A DNA stretch of 27,263 nucleotides from a virus. Its lineage: Duplodnaviria > Caudoviricetes. Under the pieces are notes generated by a model that did not search any database, was not told where the DNA came from, and worked only from the letters and a program-made list of their open reading frames with translations. The stretch spans positions 1 through 27,263 of the IMG/VR virus record IMGVR_UViG_3300048576_000466; one strand, given 5' to 3'. How positions within the stretch are numbered: the first letter of the stretch is position 1; each line of letters starts with the position of its first letter. Of this stretch, positions 1 to 9,486 are shown piece by piece. The position numbers and the translations under genes were made by a program.

Positions 1-153
1 ATGAAAATCCTACTCATTTATGAGTCTCAAGCCGCATTTCGCTGGCTCCGAGACAGTCACAGTATCTGTCAGATGGTCCGCCGCCAGGCTGGACTCGCGA
101 AGCTCCGAATCTGGTGCAACGCCAACAAACCCAAAGACCTATCCCACAACTAA
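1..153 (+). CDS. Small hypothetical protein (50 aa, MKILLIYESQAAFRWLRDSH...)
   Basis: Translated by hand: ATG at 1, TAA at 151-153, and the next gene's ATG at 155. It is below the ORF-track size cutoff. Confidence 0.5.
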   Translation: MKILLIYESQAAFRWLRDSHSICQMVRRQAGLAKLRIWCNANKPKDLSHN

Positions 154-154
154 T

Positions 155-973
155 ATGCCCGCCAAAACCCCAATAATACCACGTCCCACACTGTCAACAG
201 GCGACGACGCAACCGCCGCAAAGGAACTCCTTAAGCGCTACAACGACGCACAAGACGGTATGCGTCGCATCGTTGCCCTGGGCTTGATGGCCTGGGAGAT
301 TAAGGAGACCCGACTCAAGCATGGTGAGTTCGGCTATTGGCTCCAGGCAAATGCACCACAATTGTGTTGCCAGGACGCGGCAACCAAAACCCCAAAGGCT
401 AGCTCCTCATTGGCGAGCTATATGCAACTCACCAAGGGAGTTTTGGAGTCCACGGGATTAACGGTTGGGAAATACCTCGAAAAAGTCTGTAAACAAAATT
501 CCCAATCGTTGGGAATTTCGTTGACACTTGGCGGCCTGATTTTGGCATCCGATGCTCAGGTCCCAGAGCAACTCCGCAAGCTCCGTGACAAGATTTTTGA
601 GGTCGTCGATGGCAAGACGCCAAAGCAGTTAATGCTTGAGTTCAAGCAAGTTGAGGAGGATGGCCAGGGCGGATTGAAGGTCAAGCGCGGCCGCATGAAA
701 GGCCAGGGCGGCGCCAGCAAAGAGCAATGCGCCAATGCCAAGGCAACCGAAGCAATTGCCGAGGCCGCCGCCATCAATGCCAAGGCAACCGAAGCCCGCA
801 ACACCCTCCTGGACGTTGCCGACGACAAAACATGGGCAAGTCTCGATCCCAACGTCGCCAGCGAGCTCCTGGACGCCGCGCAAAGCCTGGTGGAGTTCCA
901 CCGCAACCGCCAAAGTCACATTGTTTCCGGACGCAATGCTGCCGCTGAAATCCTCAACCCCGTCGAAGAATGA
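155..973 (+). CDS. DUF3102-like phage protein
   Basis: The pattern 'LGLMAWEIKETRLKHGEFGYWL...YMQL' resembles DUF3102. The start at 155 is preferred over 20 because it directly follows the upstream stop. ATGA overlap with the next gene. Confidence 0.6.
   Translation: MPAKTPIIPRPTLSTGDDATAAKELLKRYNDAQDGMRRIVALGLMAWEIKETRLKHGEFGYWLQANAPQLCCQDAATKTPKASSSLASYMQLTKGVLESTGLTVGKYLEKVCKQNSQSLGISLTLGGLILASDAQVPEQLRKLRDKIFEVVDGKTPKQLMLEFKQVEEDGQGGLKVKRGRMKGQGGASKEQCANAKATEAIAEAAAINAKATEARNTLLDVADDKTWASLDPNVASELLDAAQSLVEFHRNRQSHIVSGRNAAAEILNPVEE
488..526. repeat. 39-bp imperfect palindrome, copy 1 of a dispersed 38-bp repeat
   Basis: TGTAAACAAAATTCCCAA-TCG-TTGGGAATTTCGTTGACA. Positions 489-526 match 20246-20283 at 35/38. 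Confidence 0.9.
733..795 (+). repeat. 21-bp intragenic direct repeat (NAKATEA twice)
   Basis: CAATGCCAAGGCAACCGAAGC at 733-753 and 775-795. Confidence 0.85.
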
Positions 974-1248
974 GCGAGCCAATCCATATTGACCTTGACA
1001 GAGAGTTGAAAGCGGTGGACCCGATTCTCCATTCGGCGATTAGACAGCTTGTCAATAAGTACCAGTCGAAACCCACTGAAATGATCATTGGTCTTTACGC
1101 TGCAAATGCGCAAAAGGAATTACCGCGCTTTGACAAGTCGCCGATTCCTCACGTGTGTGAGGAACTCCTGCAAATAGCTTTGTCAATCATCATGACAGCG
1201 CGCAACGTTGAAATCAAAAGCGCGACATTTATCCAGAGGGACCAATGA
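970..1248 (+). CDS. Hypothetical protein
   Basis: 92-aa ORF with ATGA overlaps at both ends. Confidence 0.75.
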   Translation: MSEPIHIDLDRELKAVDPILHSAIRQLVNKYQSKPTEMIIGLYAANAQKELPRFDKSPIPHVCEELLQIALSIIMTARNVEIKSATFIQRDQ

Positions 1249-3608
1249 ACTTCTCGCCCACCGGAGACAGCGTGCCGAACGCTGGAAACGCCATCAGTAG
1301 AATACAGGCCGGAGCCGGAGAGCCCCCAGCGCCGCGCGAATGCGGCTTGATTCCTGGAAGCGCCACCGCGATTAACGCGCCCCTGTCGCAAAGTCTGCTG
1401 CGCTCCGGTGTGCGAGCCTATTTGGAGACCCGCCGCCCCGATCCCAACCCCGAGAACGAACCCCAGTTATTTGACACGCTCCCCAAGCGCGTCAAAGCGG
1501 AAATCCGGGCGTTGCTCATGGCCTTCGCGTCCATCGATTGCATGACCGATCGCCGCCGGACCGGCCGCATCTCCGTGGACGCGGCCTGTAAAGTGGTGTC
1601 GAAGAAATTCCGCCCCGATTGGAACTGGTCCCCCAAGCGTTTAAACGCCCGTTACAGCGCGTTTGTCCGCGCCAGGGACTGGACAGTTCTGGTCAATTGC
1701 TCCAAGGCCGGGGCGGCCTGGCAGGACTCACGCCGGGGCCTTCCCATGGAGTTTCTGCAATATTGTTGCGACGTGATTTTCGCGTACAAGCGCGATGATG
1801 CCCGGAAGGAAGCATTGCACTCAATCAAGCGCAACTGGATGACCGGCCGCAACGCCGCCGGGGAACCCAATGAAATCCCGGGGTTCGGCTTCCGGCGCGA
1901 TTGGATCCGCCGCAATGATCCTTCTATCGACTTCCCAACCGGATGGACCTACAGCAACATTTTACGGCAGATCAAAAAGCACAATATCCTGCCTCGCGCC
2001 GTCCATCTCTTGACACTTCAGGGAACCAATGCCGCCCGCAAAGTCCTGCCTCAGGTCAATGCCACCCGCAGCGACCTCCGGTTCATGGAATGGGTCGAGT
2101 TTGACGACGTGAAAGTGGACTGGCGCGTTATTGACACGGTGACCGGAAGTGTGGTGGACCTCTGGATTCTCATTGCCCGGGACCGCGCAACGAGTGTGTT
2201 ACTCGGGTTCGTCATGCGTCCCGCTCTGGTACGCGAGGATGGCTCCCAGACGCATTTACGGTTGGAGGACATGAAGCAATTGTGCGGCTGGGTCTTGGAG
2301 CACTACGGTTTGCCGCCCTACCTCATGACCTGGCTCCTGGAGAACGGGACCGCAACGCTGGGTCAGGGTGTCCGCGCCGCGCTCAAGGAGCTCTTGCAAG
2401 GGCGACTGGAGATTCGCTATTCGTCCATGGTCGGCGGCGTGTCCCCGTCCGGATTCCGCGAGAAAAAAATCGGCAACTCCATGGGCAAAGCCTCACTGGA
2501 AAGTCACAATCGCCCAATCCACATTATCAGCAGCAACATCCCCGGTCAGACCGGACCACTTTACAACGTCCGCCCGGCCGATCTTCAGGCCCGCGAAGCC
2601 GAGGCCATCCGCACGTGGAAGCTCGGCCAGGAGATTCTCCCGCCGCATCTGCGCAACGATTTGGGCTATGCATTATTGACAGTCGATCAAGCCCGCGCAG
2701 CGCTCATGCAGGTTTTCGCGATACAGAACAACAATACGGATCACCGCAAGGAGGGATTCGAGAAAATCGGCGAATGGTTCGATCCCGCCCGCGGCTTGTG
2801 GCTTCCGGCGCGCACGGCTCCGGCCGTCATGCCCGCGGGCTCCTCAGTCCGAGCCCGAATGCAGACCCCGCTGGAACGCGCCGCGCAGCTCGTGACGGGA
2901 CTCTCCTGGACTCCCGTTTCCCCGGAGATTATCGCCGCGTTCTATGAGCACACGCAGCGCGTGGTTCACGTCGAGGAGAATGGCGAAATTGTATTCCGTC
3001 ACAACGGCAAGGACTTGATTTTCACGTCGCAATGCAACCCCGGTCAGAAGCTTGTGGCGTATCTGCATTCGGACGATCCGCAATTCCTGCACTTGACAGA
3101 TGGGGCCGGTCGATTCTTCCCGTCGGCCGTGCTGAAGTCGCGCATCAAAGTGGGCGACCAGGACGCCCTGGCCAAGGCCATCGAGTTCAGTCAATCCGCG
3201 CTCAAAGCCGCACGTCAACGCGCCGAGGAACTGGCCGCTCCAGAGCGCAAGGCGCTGGAGGCTATGCGCGCCCACAATGCCGCGCTTTTGGGCGAGTTCA
3301 TGCCCACAGTCGCCGCTCCGGAGGCCAGCCGCCCAATGGCTCAATCCGGTGTTGCAGCCGGTCTGAAGGCCATCCAGGAGCAACGCAAGGCCGAATCCCG
3401 CGCCACTGCCGCGCAAGCGGCTGAGGATCGCGCCGCCATCGCCCGCTCCGGCCGCGCCGCATCGCGGGACATCCTGGCATCGGCCGCGCCGGTCGATCCC
3501 CGTCCCGCACCCTCAGCCATCGCCGAAATGTTCGGCGCACCCGAACCTGAAGCGGAGTCAAAACCCGCATCCAATTTCCTGTCAACAATCTCCAATCACG
3601 GAGACTGA
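1245..3608 (+). CDS. Mu-like DDE transposase (MuA-type)
   Basis: 787 aa, with candidate catalytic segments WVEFDD, WLLENGT and GKASLESHN. It lies directly upstream of an AAA ATPase. Confidence 0.88.
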   Translation: MNFSPTGDSVPNAGNAISRIQAGAGEPPAPRECGLIPGSATAINAPLSQSLLRSGVRAYLETRRPDPNPENEPQLFDTLPKRVKAEIRALLMAFASIDCMTDRRRTGRISVDAACKVVSKKFRPDWNWSPKRLNARYSAFVRARDWTVLVNCSKAGAAWQDSRRGLPMEFLQYCCDVIFAYKRDDARKEALHSIKRNWMTGRNAAGEPNEIPGFGFRRDWIRRNDPSIDFPTGWTYSNILRQIKKHNILPRAVHLLTLQGTNAARKVLPQVNATRSDLRFMEWVEFDDVKVDWRVIDTVTGSVVDLWILIARDRATSVLLGFVMRPALVREDGSQTHLRLEDMKQLCGWVLEHYGLPPYLMTWLLENGTATLGQGVRAALKELLQGRLEIRYSSMVGGVSPSGFREKKIGNSMGKASLESHNRPIHIISSNIPGQTGPLYNVRPADLQAREAEAIRTWKLGQEILPPHLRNDLGYALLTVDQARAALMQVFAIQNNNTDHRKEGFEKIGEWFDPARGLWLPARTAPAVMPAGSSVRARMQTPLERAAQLVTGLSWTPVSPEIIAAFYEHTQRVVHVEENGEIVFRHNGKDLIFTSQCNPGQKLVAYLHSDDPQFLHLTDGAGRFFPSAVLKSRIKVGDQDALAKAIEFSQSALKAARQRAEELAAPERKALEAMRAHNAALLGEFMPTVAAPEASRPMAQSGVAAGLKAIQEQRKAESRATAAQAAEDRAAIARSGRAASRDILASAAPVDPRPAPSAIAEMFGAPEPEAESKPASNFLSTISNHGD

Positions 3609-3635
3609 CAGGCTCAAAACAACGAAAGGCAACAA

Positions 3636-4745
3636 ATGGATACCATCATTGATCCCACAATCCCCCCCGCCGTGCATGAGCACGCGGATCCCAATCACGC
3701 GAATGCCCAGGCGGCCATGACCGCTGCGGCCTCGCGAATCCCCGGCGACACAGTCAATAAAGCGACCGCCGACTTGCCGGACAACCAGCGCAGCGCCATC
3801 CGCCGCCTGCACGCGCTCTATACCGAGGAAAATCTCTCCCTGGACGAGCTCGCGAAGATGGTCCGGCTTTCCACCGCAACCATCAGCCTCGTGTTTCGGG
3901 GGAAATACAACGCGAAACTGGATGACATCTGTCAAGTGATTGATGAATTTTTCATCCTGAAGGAACGCCGCGCCGGAAGCAAAAAGCTCCCGTTCATCGC
4001 CACGTCCCTATCGGAAAAAATCGGCAATGTATGCGCGGCCGCAAACGAATTTCAGAAGATCGCCTTCATTTTTGGTGACTACCAAATCGGCAAGTCCGAG
4101 GCGCTCCTGGAATACCAACGCACGCACAATCACGGCAACACGATCTATGTGTCCATGCCGACTGGCGGGGCGCTCTGCAATCTCATTGTGGAGATGGGCG
4201 AGGCGCTTCGAATCTCCGCAACGATTTGCGAAAAAGTCTTGCGTCGCCGAATCATGTCCGCGATTGACGATCGGATGTTGCTGATTATTGACGAAGCGCA
4301 TCGCGCCATTCCCGACAGCAGCAACGCCCGCGGCACCAGCAAAATCCAGAGCATCGAATTCATTCGCGAGATTTATGACAAATGCCGTTGTGGCGTCGTC
4401 ATTTGCGCCACAAACGTTTTTCGGGACGAAATGGACCACGGAGCCATGAGCAAGCTTCTGGGGCAATCCAAGCGCCGCCGCTTGTGCGCCTTGCAGTTGC
4501 CGAATCGCGTCCCCCGTGAGGATTTGGATCGCTTCGCCGCGGCCTACGGGCTCCCGCCATCCGCCGGCAAGTATCGGGACCTGGAGAAGCGGATCATTGA
4601 GGACGAAGCCCTGGGCTTCTGGCTGACACTCTTGCGCATGGCCGGGAAGATAGCAGGCCAACGCAAACAAAAGCTCACCTGGGACCACGTCAGCGAAGCG
4701 CACGCGGGTTTGTTGGACCTCGAGACAATGGGGGACAAACGATGA
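3636..4745 (+). CDS. MuB-like transposition AAA+ ATPase with N-terminal HTH
   Basis: HTH-like 'LSLDELAKMVRLSTATISLVFRGKY', Walker A GDYQIGKS and Walker B LLIIDEAH. Confidence 0.92.
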   Translation: MDTIIDPTIPPAVHEHADPNHANAQAAMTAAASRIPGDTVNKATADLPDNQRSAIRRLHALYTEENLSLDELAKMVRLSTATISLVFRGKYNAKLDDICQVIDEFFILKERRAGSKKLPFIATSLSEKIGNVCAAANEFQKIAFIFGDYQIGKSEALLEYQRTHNHGNTIYVSMPTGGALCNLIVEMGEALRISATICEKVLRRRIMSAIDDRMLLIIDEAHRAIPDSSNARGTSKIQSIEFIREIYDKCRCGVVICATNVFRDEMDHGAMSKLLGQSKRRRLCALQLPNRVPREDLDRFAAAYGLPPSAGKYRDLEKRIIEDEALGFWLTLLRMAGKIAGQRKQKLTWDHVSEAHAGLLDLETMGDKR

Positions 4746-4975
4746 AATTCAAAATCCCAACAGCCTATCGGATCCGCCTGGGAACGACGCAATTTTGCCT
4801 CAAGGTCAATTGGGGCCGAGGCCGCGCTTACGCCGTGGCCTGCTGGCCGGATGATGCCACTGAATTTGACGATCCCGTCGGTGCCAATCAGGCGCTGGAT
4901 GAATGTGTCAATAAATTGACTTATGCAAATGCCGTCATTGAGCCCGTCGAAGGGAGCGGAATTATCATCAAATGA
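4742..4975 (+). CDS. Hypothetical protein
   Basis: 77 aa, ATGA-coupled on both sides. Confidence 0.7.
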   Translation: MKFKIPTAYRIRLGTTQFCLKVNWGRGRAYAVACWPDDATEFDDPVGANQALDECVNKLTYANAVIEPVEGSGIIIK

Positions 4976-5154
4976 ACACAGACCCGCAATTCATCGACGG
5001 ACTTCAGACCGGAGTCGTAATCACCGTTGGCATCGTCTGTGCCGGAGTTGCATTGACGCTCACCTGGATTGCTCTGACGCGCTTCCTGGCAATGGGCGAA
5101 TCTGACGATGACCCGCCACAAGAGAATCGATGCAACAACAGTCAAGAGAAGTAG
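4972..5154 (+). CDS. Small single-pass membrane protein
   Basis: Hydrophobic stretch GVVITVGIVCAGVALTLTWIAL. The start is coupled to the upstream stop. Confidence 0.65.
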   Translation: MNTDPQFIDGLQTGVVITVGIVCAGVALTLTWIALTRFLAMGESDDDPPQENRCNNSQEK

Positions 5155-5168
5155 TACGAAATTATTTT

Positions 5169-5684
5169 ATGTCCACACTCAACGAAATCCAACAAGCAAC
5201 CAAACTCTATTCCGATGCCCGCGCCAAATTATCCGGCCTGGTCACGGAATTAACCCGCGAAATCGAAGCGCTCAAGCGTGCCAGACTTGCGGAAATCAAA
5301 GCGGCCGTAGCCCATGCCAGGGAGCGCGAATCCGCGCTGAATGCCATGGTCCAGCAAAGCCCGAGTCTTTTCATTCGACCGCGCACCGTGGTATTCCACG
5401 GCGTCAAGATTGGCTTTGCCAAGGGTATCGGAGTCCTGGAATGGGACAATCCCGATAACGTCATCAAGCTGATCCGCAAGAAGCTCCCGGAGCTTGCGGA
5501 CACCTTGATCAACATCAGGGAAACCCCGGTGAAGAAAGCCATCGAATGCCTGACAGCCGATCAGATCAAGAGCATCGGTTGTCGCATTACAAATTCTGGC
5601 GACCGCGTCATCATCAAGTCCACTGATAGCGATGTTGACAAACTGGTCACCGCGCTCCTAGAAGAAAAGGAGGTGGAGGAATGA
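5169..5684 (+). CDS. gam: Gam-like host-nuclease inhibitor (DNA end protection)
   Basis: Coiled-coil N-terminus followed by 'PRTVVFHGVKIGFAKG...LINIRETPVKKAI'. Size and position after MuB fit Mu Gam. Confidence 0.7.
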   Translation: MSTLNEIQQATKLYSDARAKLSGLVTELTREIEALKRARLAEIKAAVAHARERESALNAMVQQSPSLFIRPRTVVFHGVKIGFAKGIGVLEWDNPDNVIKLIRKKLPELADTLINIRETPVKKAIECLTADQIKSIGCRITNSGDRVIIKSTDSDVDKLVTALLEEKEVEE

Positions 5685-5971
5685 CAACACTCAAGAGCCC
5701 ATTCCCGCCGATTGTCTGCCCGTGCTGCAAGGTTCGTCCGGCATCAGAGCCACGATTCCCAGGTTCGAATTTCTGGGACTACTATTGCGTGACTTGCGGC
5801 GATGCCAGTCGATTGATTCACACGTCCGTCGATGATGCCCGCCAGTCAATCCGCAAAGCCTCACAAGCCGTTGCAGTCCGGGCATTGGAATTGTGCCCGA
5901 AGAATCATCTCACCCGCCGCAAATTAATTAAGGCGCGGCTTAATAAACTGGCAAAAGAGGTGCATCAATGA
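5681..5971 (+). CDS. Zinc-ribbon protein (Lar-like Cys spacing)
   Basis: CPCC...CVTC Cys pairs. Coupled start and stop. Confidence 0.6.
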   Translation: MTTLKSPFPPIVCPCCKVRPASEPRFPGSNFWDYYCVTCGDASRLIHTSVDDARQSIRKASQAVAVRALELCPKNHLTRRKLIKARLNKLAKEVHQ

Positions 5972-6792
5972 TCACAATCCCCGAAGCCAAGCAACGCTTG
6001 GAAGTCTCATTCAATGAGGACTTGCAAATCCTGATCCGCGCCGAACAAATTTGTTTGCGCATTGAGAATCACATTACCGTGCCTGACAAAGATTTCAGGC
6101 CGGTATTTCATTCTGGTCCCCAAATTACTCCCGCGCCGGCGGCTCCCGCTGCGCCTACGGTTCCAACGGCAATGGAAGTCCCAAAGCCTGATACGCGCAA
6201 TTGTCGTGAGCCAAAGCCTGGTGCATTACGGGAGCGCATTCTGGAGCTCCTGCATCAGCGTTCCCCTCAGTCAATGAATGAGCTTTGCGCGACTCTGAAT
6301 ATTGCCACGCCGCAAGACCGGAAGAAACTGAATGACACCCTTGGCAACCTGTCACGCACAAGTGACAGCAAGTGCGTGAGATTGGGAGGCGCATGGAAAA
6401 AAAATCCGCAATTCGCGCTTCGCACGGAATCGACCACGCCGACGGAATCTGCCAAACCGGCTCCAGTTTTCATTCCCCAGGAGCGCGTCGGCAAGTTTGC
6501 CGAGTTGGTTCTGGCCGCAATTCCGGAGGGCTCATTCACCATCCCCGAAATGGAGAAGCACGGATTGGCCATGTTCGGCAACAAATGGAAGCGCTTCTCC
6601 GGCGAAGGCAAGCTTGCGGCGATATTGTTGACAATGTCAGAGAAGGGAGTCCTGACCCGGAGCCGGAACGAAAATGGCGTCGTCTATTGCCGGGGCGTCT
6701 ATTACAAGGCGCCGATCCCCGCCGAGTCGGCCATCCCGCAAACCGTATCCGTACCGCGGGATCCCGATGCTGGCCAGCAATCGGAGGATTGA
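5968..6792 (+). CDS. Hypothetical protein, probable winged-helix domains
   Basis: 'LRERILELLHQRSPQSMNELCATL' is wHTH-like, with Pro/Ala linkers. GAGG Shine-Dalgarno and ATGA overlap. Confidence 0.65.
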   Translation: MITIPEAKQRLEVSFNEDLQILIRAEQICLRIENHITVPDKDFRPVFHSGPQITPAPAAPAAPTVPTAMEVPKPDTRNCREPKPGALRERILELLHQRSPQSMNELCATLNIATPQDRKKLNDTLGNLSRTSDSKCVRLGGAWKKNPQFALRTESTTPTESAKPAPVFIPQERVGKFAELVLAAIPEGSFTIPEMEKHGLAMFGNKWKRFSGEGKLAAILLTMSEKGVLTRSRNENGVVYCRGVYYKAPIPAESAIPQTVSVPRDPDAGQQSED

Positions 6793-6795
6793 TCC

Positions 6796-7215
6796 ATGGC
6801 GGAACAATTGACAGACCAGCACCTGATGCCGATGGGCAATCATCGCGGCCGTCCGCTCGGAACCGTCCCCATGTCCTACTGGCATTGGTTCCTGGCTCAG
6901 GACTGGTCTGCCAAATTCCCCGCGCTCCAGGATTACGCCCGCAATCGCGTCACGCCGTTCGGCGTTCAGACGCCCCGCGTTGCTCCCACAGTGCCCGCTG
7001 TTGCGCCGAAACCCGTACCGGCTCCTGATCCTACAGCCAGCGGGATCGGCGCGCCCAAGGGCAAATTAACCGTGGCTGACTGGATTGGCGAGATGCGGCG
7101 GGTTGTCGAAGAAGCAAAGCCCTGGAAGCCGGACGCAGCCGGTTTCCGCCGGGCGCGGGAACGGGGGCTGCAAAAATTCAACGAAAATCATCAATTTGAC
7201 AAGAACCGATTATGA
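6796..7215 (+). CDS. DUF3820-like (MPFGKxxG motif) protein
   Basis: 'MPMGNHRGRPLGTVPMSYWHWF' matches the MPFGK(Y/H)KG...P..YL.W pattern. GGAGG lies upstream. Confidence 0.65.
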   Translation: MAEQLTDQHLMPMGNHRGRPLGTVPMSYWHWFLAQDWSAKFPALQDYARNRVTPFGVQTPRVAPTVPAVAPKPVPAPDPTASGIGAPKGKLTVADWIGEMRRVVEEAKPWKPDAAGFRRARERGLQKFNENHQFDKNRL

Positions 7216-7811
7216 CTGACAATCAACGTACTTACCTCATGTCCACTGCCTGGCCCCAGGCTTGCGAGGCTCAGGGCTGGGACCGGAATAACCGCGCCTT
7301 GCGACTCAGGGTGCTTTCGATCGCCCTGGGACGCGATATTGAGTCCGCCTCGGAGATGATGCCCGTGCCGATTTTGACCGCGTTAAGGCCTATTTGGGCT
7401 TCGCAGCGGACGATCTGGCGCAAACCATCGAGAGTGACCACCCGGAAATGGGTTCCGCCCGGCGGAAGCGTCAATGCATCCTGGACCTTGTCAAGGTGTC
7501 TCAAGTTGTATCACCCGAATCCGCACGGCTATTTGCAGACGATCATTTTCGCGAAATTCGGCAACAAGGCCCAGGTGGTGGAATTGGATTGCCTGACGGA
7601 TGATCCGATCATTGACAGCACCGGCAAGGTGCATCCGTCCGAGTTGGATCAGGTCCTCTGGGCCATGTCCCGCGGCGTCCACAACAAGCGCAAGGCCGCG
7701 CATCATAGCTTGCATGAAATGTACACGGCAGCGCAATTACCATGCGCCTGTGCCTTTTGCCGCAAGCAACAATCCGCCGTCGTTCAGGAATCCGCCGTCA
7801 ACCCATTTTGA
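7212..7811 (+). CDS. Hypothetical protein (possible Mu gp16/GemA-like), apparently with two compensating frameshifts
   Basis: Position in the early operon. Between about 7358 and 7495 an alternative frame reads more protein-like than the main frame. Confidence 0.5.
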   Translation: MTDNQRTYLMSTAWPQACEAQGWDRNNRALRLRVLSIALGRDIESASEMMPVPILTALRPIWASQRTIWRKPSRVTTRKWVPPGGSVNASWTLSRCLKLYHPNPHGYLQTIIFAKFGNKAQVVELDCLTDDPIIDSTGKVHPSELDQVLWAMSRGVHNKRKAAHHSLHEMYTAAQLPCACAFCRKQQSAVVQESAVNPF

Positions 7812-7813
7812 TT

Positions 7814-8098
7814 ATGCCGTATTTGCTTGAGCTTGATTCGGGGAGTTACATTTTGCCGGAAGATGAAAATATTAACTCCCTGCTGAAGACCCTGAAAAAA
7901 GCAAAGCGGGTCCGCTGGGATTACGGCGTGCGGGAGGTGAGAGGCAAGCGATTCTACCGCATCGATGACGATATTCCTCACACTATTCAAGTCTCTATTA
8001 TTGACAAGAGTCAGATTTTGGAACCCAAAAAACCGAAGCAAATCGCGCAAAAAGTCAGCCCGGATTGCAACGGCGAAATGTTCCCTGAAGGAGATTGA
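7814..8098 (+). CDS. Hypothetical protein
   Basis: ATG 2 nt after the upstream stop (MPYLLELDSG...). Confidence 0.7.
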   Translation: MPYLLELDSGSYILPEDENINSLLKTLKKAKRVRWDYGVREVRGKRFYRIDDDIPHTIQVSIIDKSQILEPKKPKQIAQKVSPDCNGEMFPEGD

Positions 8099-8100
8099 TC

Positions 8101-8496
8101 ATGGAATGGCTCTACAAACGCTCAGGATCACGATTTACGCCGCTGGAAGTCATCCAGCGCTATACGGTCATTGATGCCGTGAAGGTTCGATTTTACGGCG
8201 TTCCCACCATCATGAGCACCAATGAATTATTGACAGAGGAGCAAGTAAATCCATTGTTTGCGGAGCTCAAACGGAAGCGGACCGAGCGCCGCAAGGAATG
8301 GCTTCGCTTGCGCGTCTGGCGTCGCCAATCCGCAATCCGTCTGGCACTCAAGGCGGGCATCACCACGTCCCAGGCGCTGGCCCGGGAACTCGGCATCACA
8401 CGTCGGAGCGCGGCTCAGAGACTCCGATGGACGCGGGAAAACATGCGAGTCATGGAATCCCAGTCACCCCCGCAATCGTCTACAATCGACGTATAG
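8101..8496 (+). CDS. Hypothetical protein with C-terminal HTH
   Basis: GGAG Shine-Dalgarno before ATG 8101. HTH-like 'TSQALARELGITRRSAAQRL'. Confidence 0.65.
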   Translation: MEWLYKRSGSRFTPLEVIQRYTVIDAVKVRFYGVPTIMSTNELLTEEQVNPLFAELKRKRTERRKEWLRLRVWRRQSAIRLALKAGITTSQALARELGITRRSAAQRLRWTRENMRVMESQSPPQSSTIDV

Positions 8497-8502
8497 ACAC
8501 AC

Positions 8503-8787
8503 ATGAGGCCATCCCCTGGTAACCAGCTAGCTTTCGTTTTCGGCGCGCCCACGATCGTGCCACAAGGGGATGGCTCAGTCCTGGTGAGACCGGGGAAGCC
8601 GCTGACCTGGCTGACTCCGAATCAATTGGCTGCTCAATTCCGGGTCCACCGGCAAAGCATCTACCGGTGGAGAGATGAAGGCTTGATCCCGGAGCATCTC
8701 ATGCGCTTTGCCGGCAAGCGCAAACTCCAGATCAGCGCTGAGGTTGTCCCACTTCTGGAGGCCCATTTCCGCCGCATCCGGGAATGA
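8503..8787 (+). CDS. MerR/Xis-like (HTH_17) DNA-binding protein, candidate late regulator
   Basis: 'WLTPNQLAAQFRVHRQSIYRWRDEGLIP'. It is the last gene before the terminator. Confidence 0.8.
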   Translation: MRPSPGNQLAFVFGAPTIVPQGDGSVLVRPGKPLTWLTPNQLAAQFRVHRQSIYRWRDEGLIPEHLMRFAGKRKLQISAEVVPLLEAHFRRIRE

Positions 8788-8788
8788 G

Positions 8789-8812
8789 AAAGCCCCGCCG
8801 AAGCGGGGCTTT
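8789..8812. terminator. Intrinsic terminator, probably bidirectional
   Basis: AAAGCCCCGC-CGAA-GCGGGGCTTT between convergent operons. Confidence 0.8.
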
Positions 8813-8893
8813 GTGTTGCGCGGAAATTTTTTACCAACGATTTTTTAAAGTTTCAACGGGGCCGCGCAACACCCATAGACTACCTCTATCGTC

Positions 8894-9244
8894 TCACGAG
8901 TCAACACCCGAGGCATGTTTTTTTGCGCGCATCCAACTCGCGATGGCGCGCAATGTAATTGTGCTGGGCCAGTTTTTCCCGTCCAGCCAGCGCCGTACGG
9001 ATCGATCCGAGACTCTGATGTCGCGTGCCAGGCGCCGGATGCTGATCGATCCGGCGCGGTAGGATTGGGTCACCAGAGTGTGGAGCTCTGCCAGGGTGTT
9101 CTCGCGCAGTCTCCCGGCTGATATGTTGACACGCACTCCCTTGCGCCGGGAGTGAGTCAGCGCCAGAGCATCCGTCTTGGCGCTGGTTTTGGCGCGTCCA
9201 CCGGCGCGCGAGGCGTCTCGACTCGGCGCATGATGGGCGCTCAT
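8894..9244 (-). CDS. HTH protein (C-terminal XRE-like HTH)
   Basis: 'SIRRLARDIRVSDRSVRRWLDGKNWP'. ATGA-coupled to the 9241-9417 gene. The true start may be further downstream. Confidence 0.7.
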   Translation of the reverse strand: MSAHHAPSRDASRAGGRAKTSAKTDALALTHSRRKGVRVNISAGRLRENTLAELHTLVTQSYRAGSISIRRLARDIRVSDRSVRRWLDGKNWPSTITLRAIASWMRAKKHASGVDS

Positions 9245-9417
9245 GCTGGCTCCTCCATGAGCTCCAGGAGCCGGAGCAAGACGTCCGCCGATGGAACATT
9301 GCGTCCCTGCTCCCAGTTCTGGAGCGTCCTCACAGAGACGCCCAGCACCCTTGCAGCTTGGCTCTGGGAGAGACCCTTGCGGTTACGCCATGACTTGAGT
9401 TTTTTGCGCGTTTTCAT
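9241..9417 (-). CDS. Small XRE-family HTH protein (58 aa), Aca-like position
   Basis: Translated by hand and absent from the ORF track: MKTRKKLKSWRNRKGLSQSQAARVLGVSVRTLQNWEQGRNVPSADVLLRLLELMEEPA. Confidence 0.88.
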   Translation of the reverse strand: MKTRKKLKSWRNRKGLSQSQAARVLGVSVRTLQNWEQGRNVPSADVLLRLLELMEEPA

Positions 9418-9486
9418 CGTTATGCGTAACGAAATGCTGAATTTTTACTGATTTCATCATCGACTTCAATTTCCATATTTTTCCTT

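Noticed and set aside
20-154. N-terminal extension of the first long ORF (similar extensions at 5130, 11029, 18135 and 25128)
   Set aside because: The extensions overlap upstream genes. Downstream ATGs abut upstream stops or expose signal peptides.
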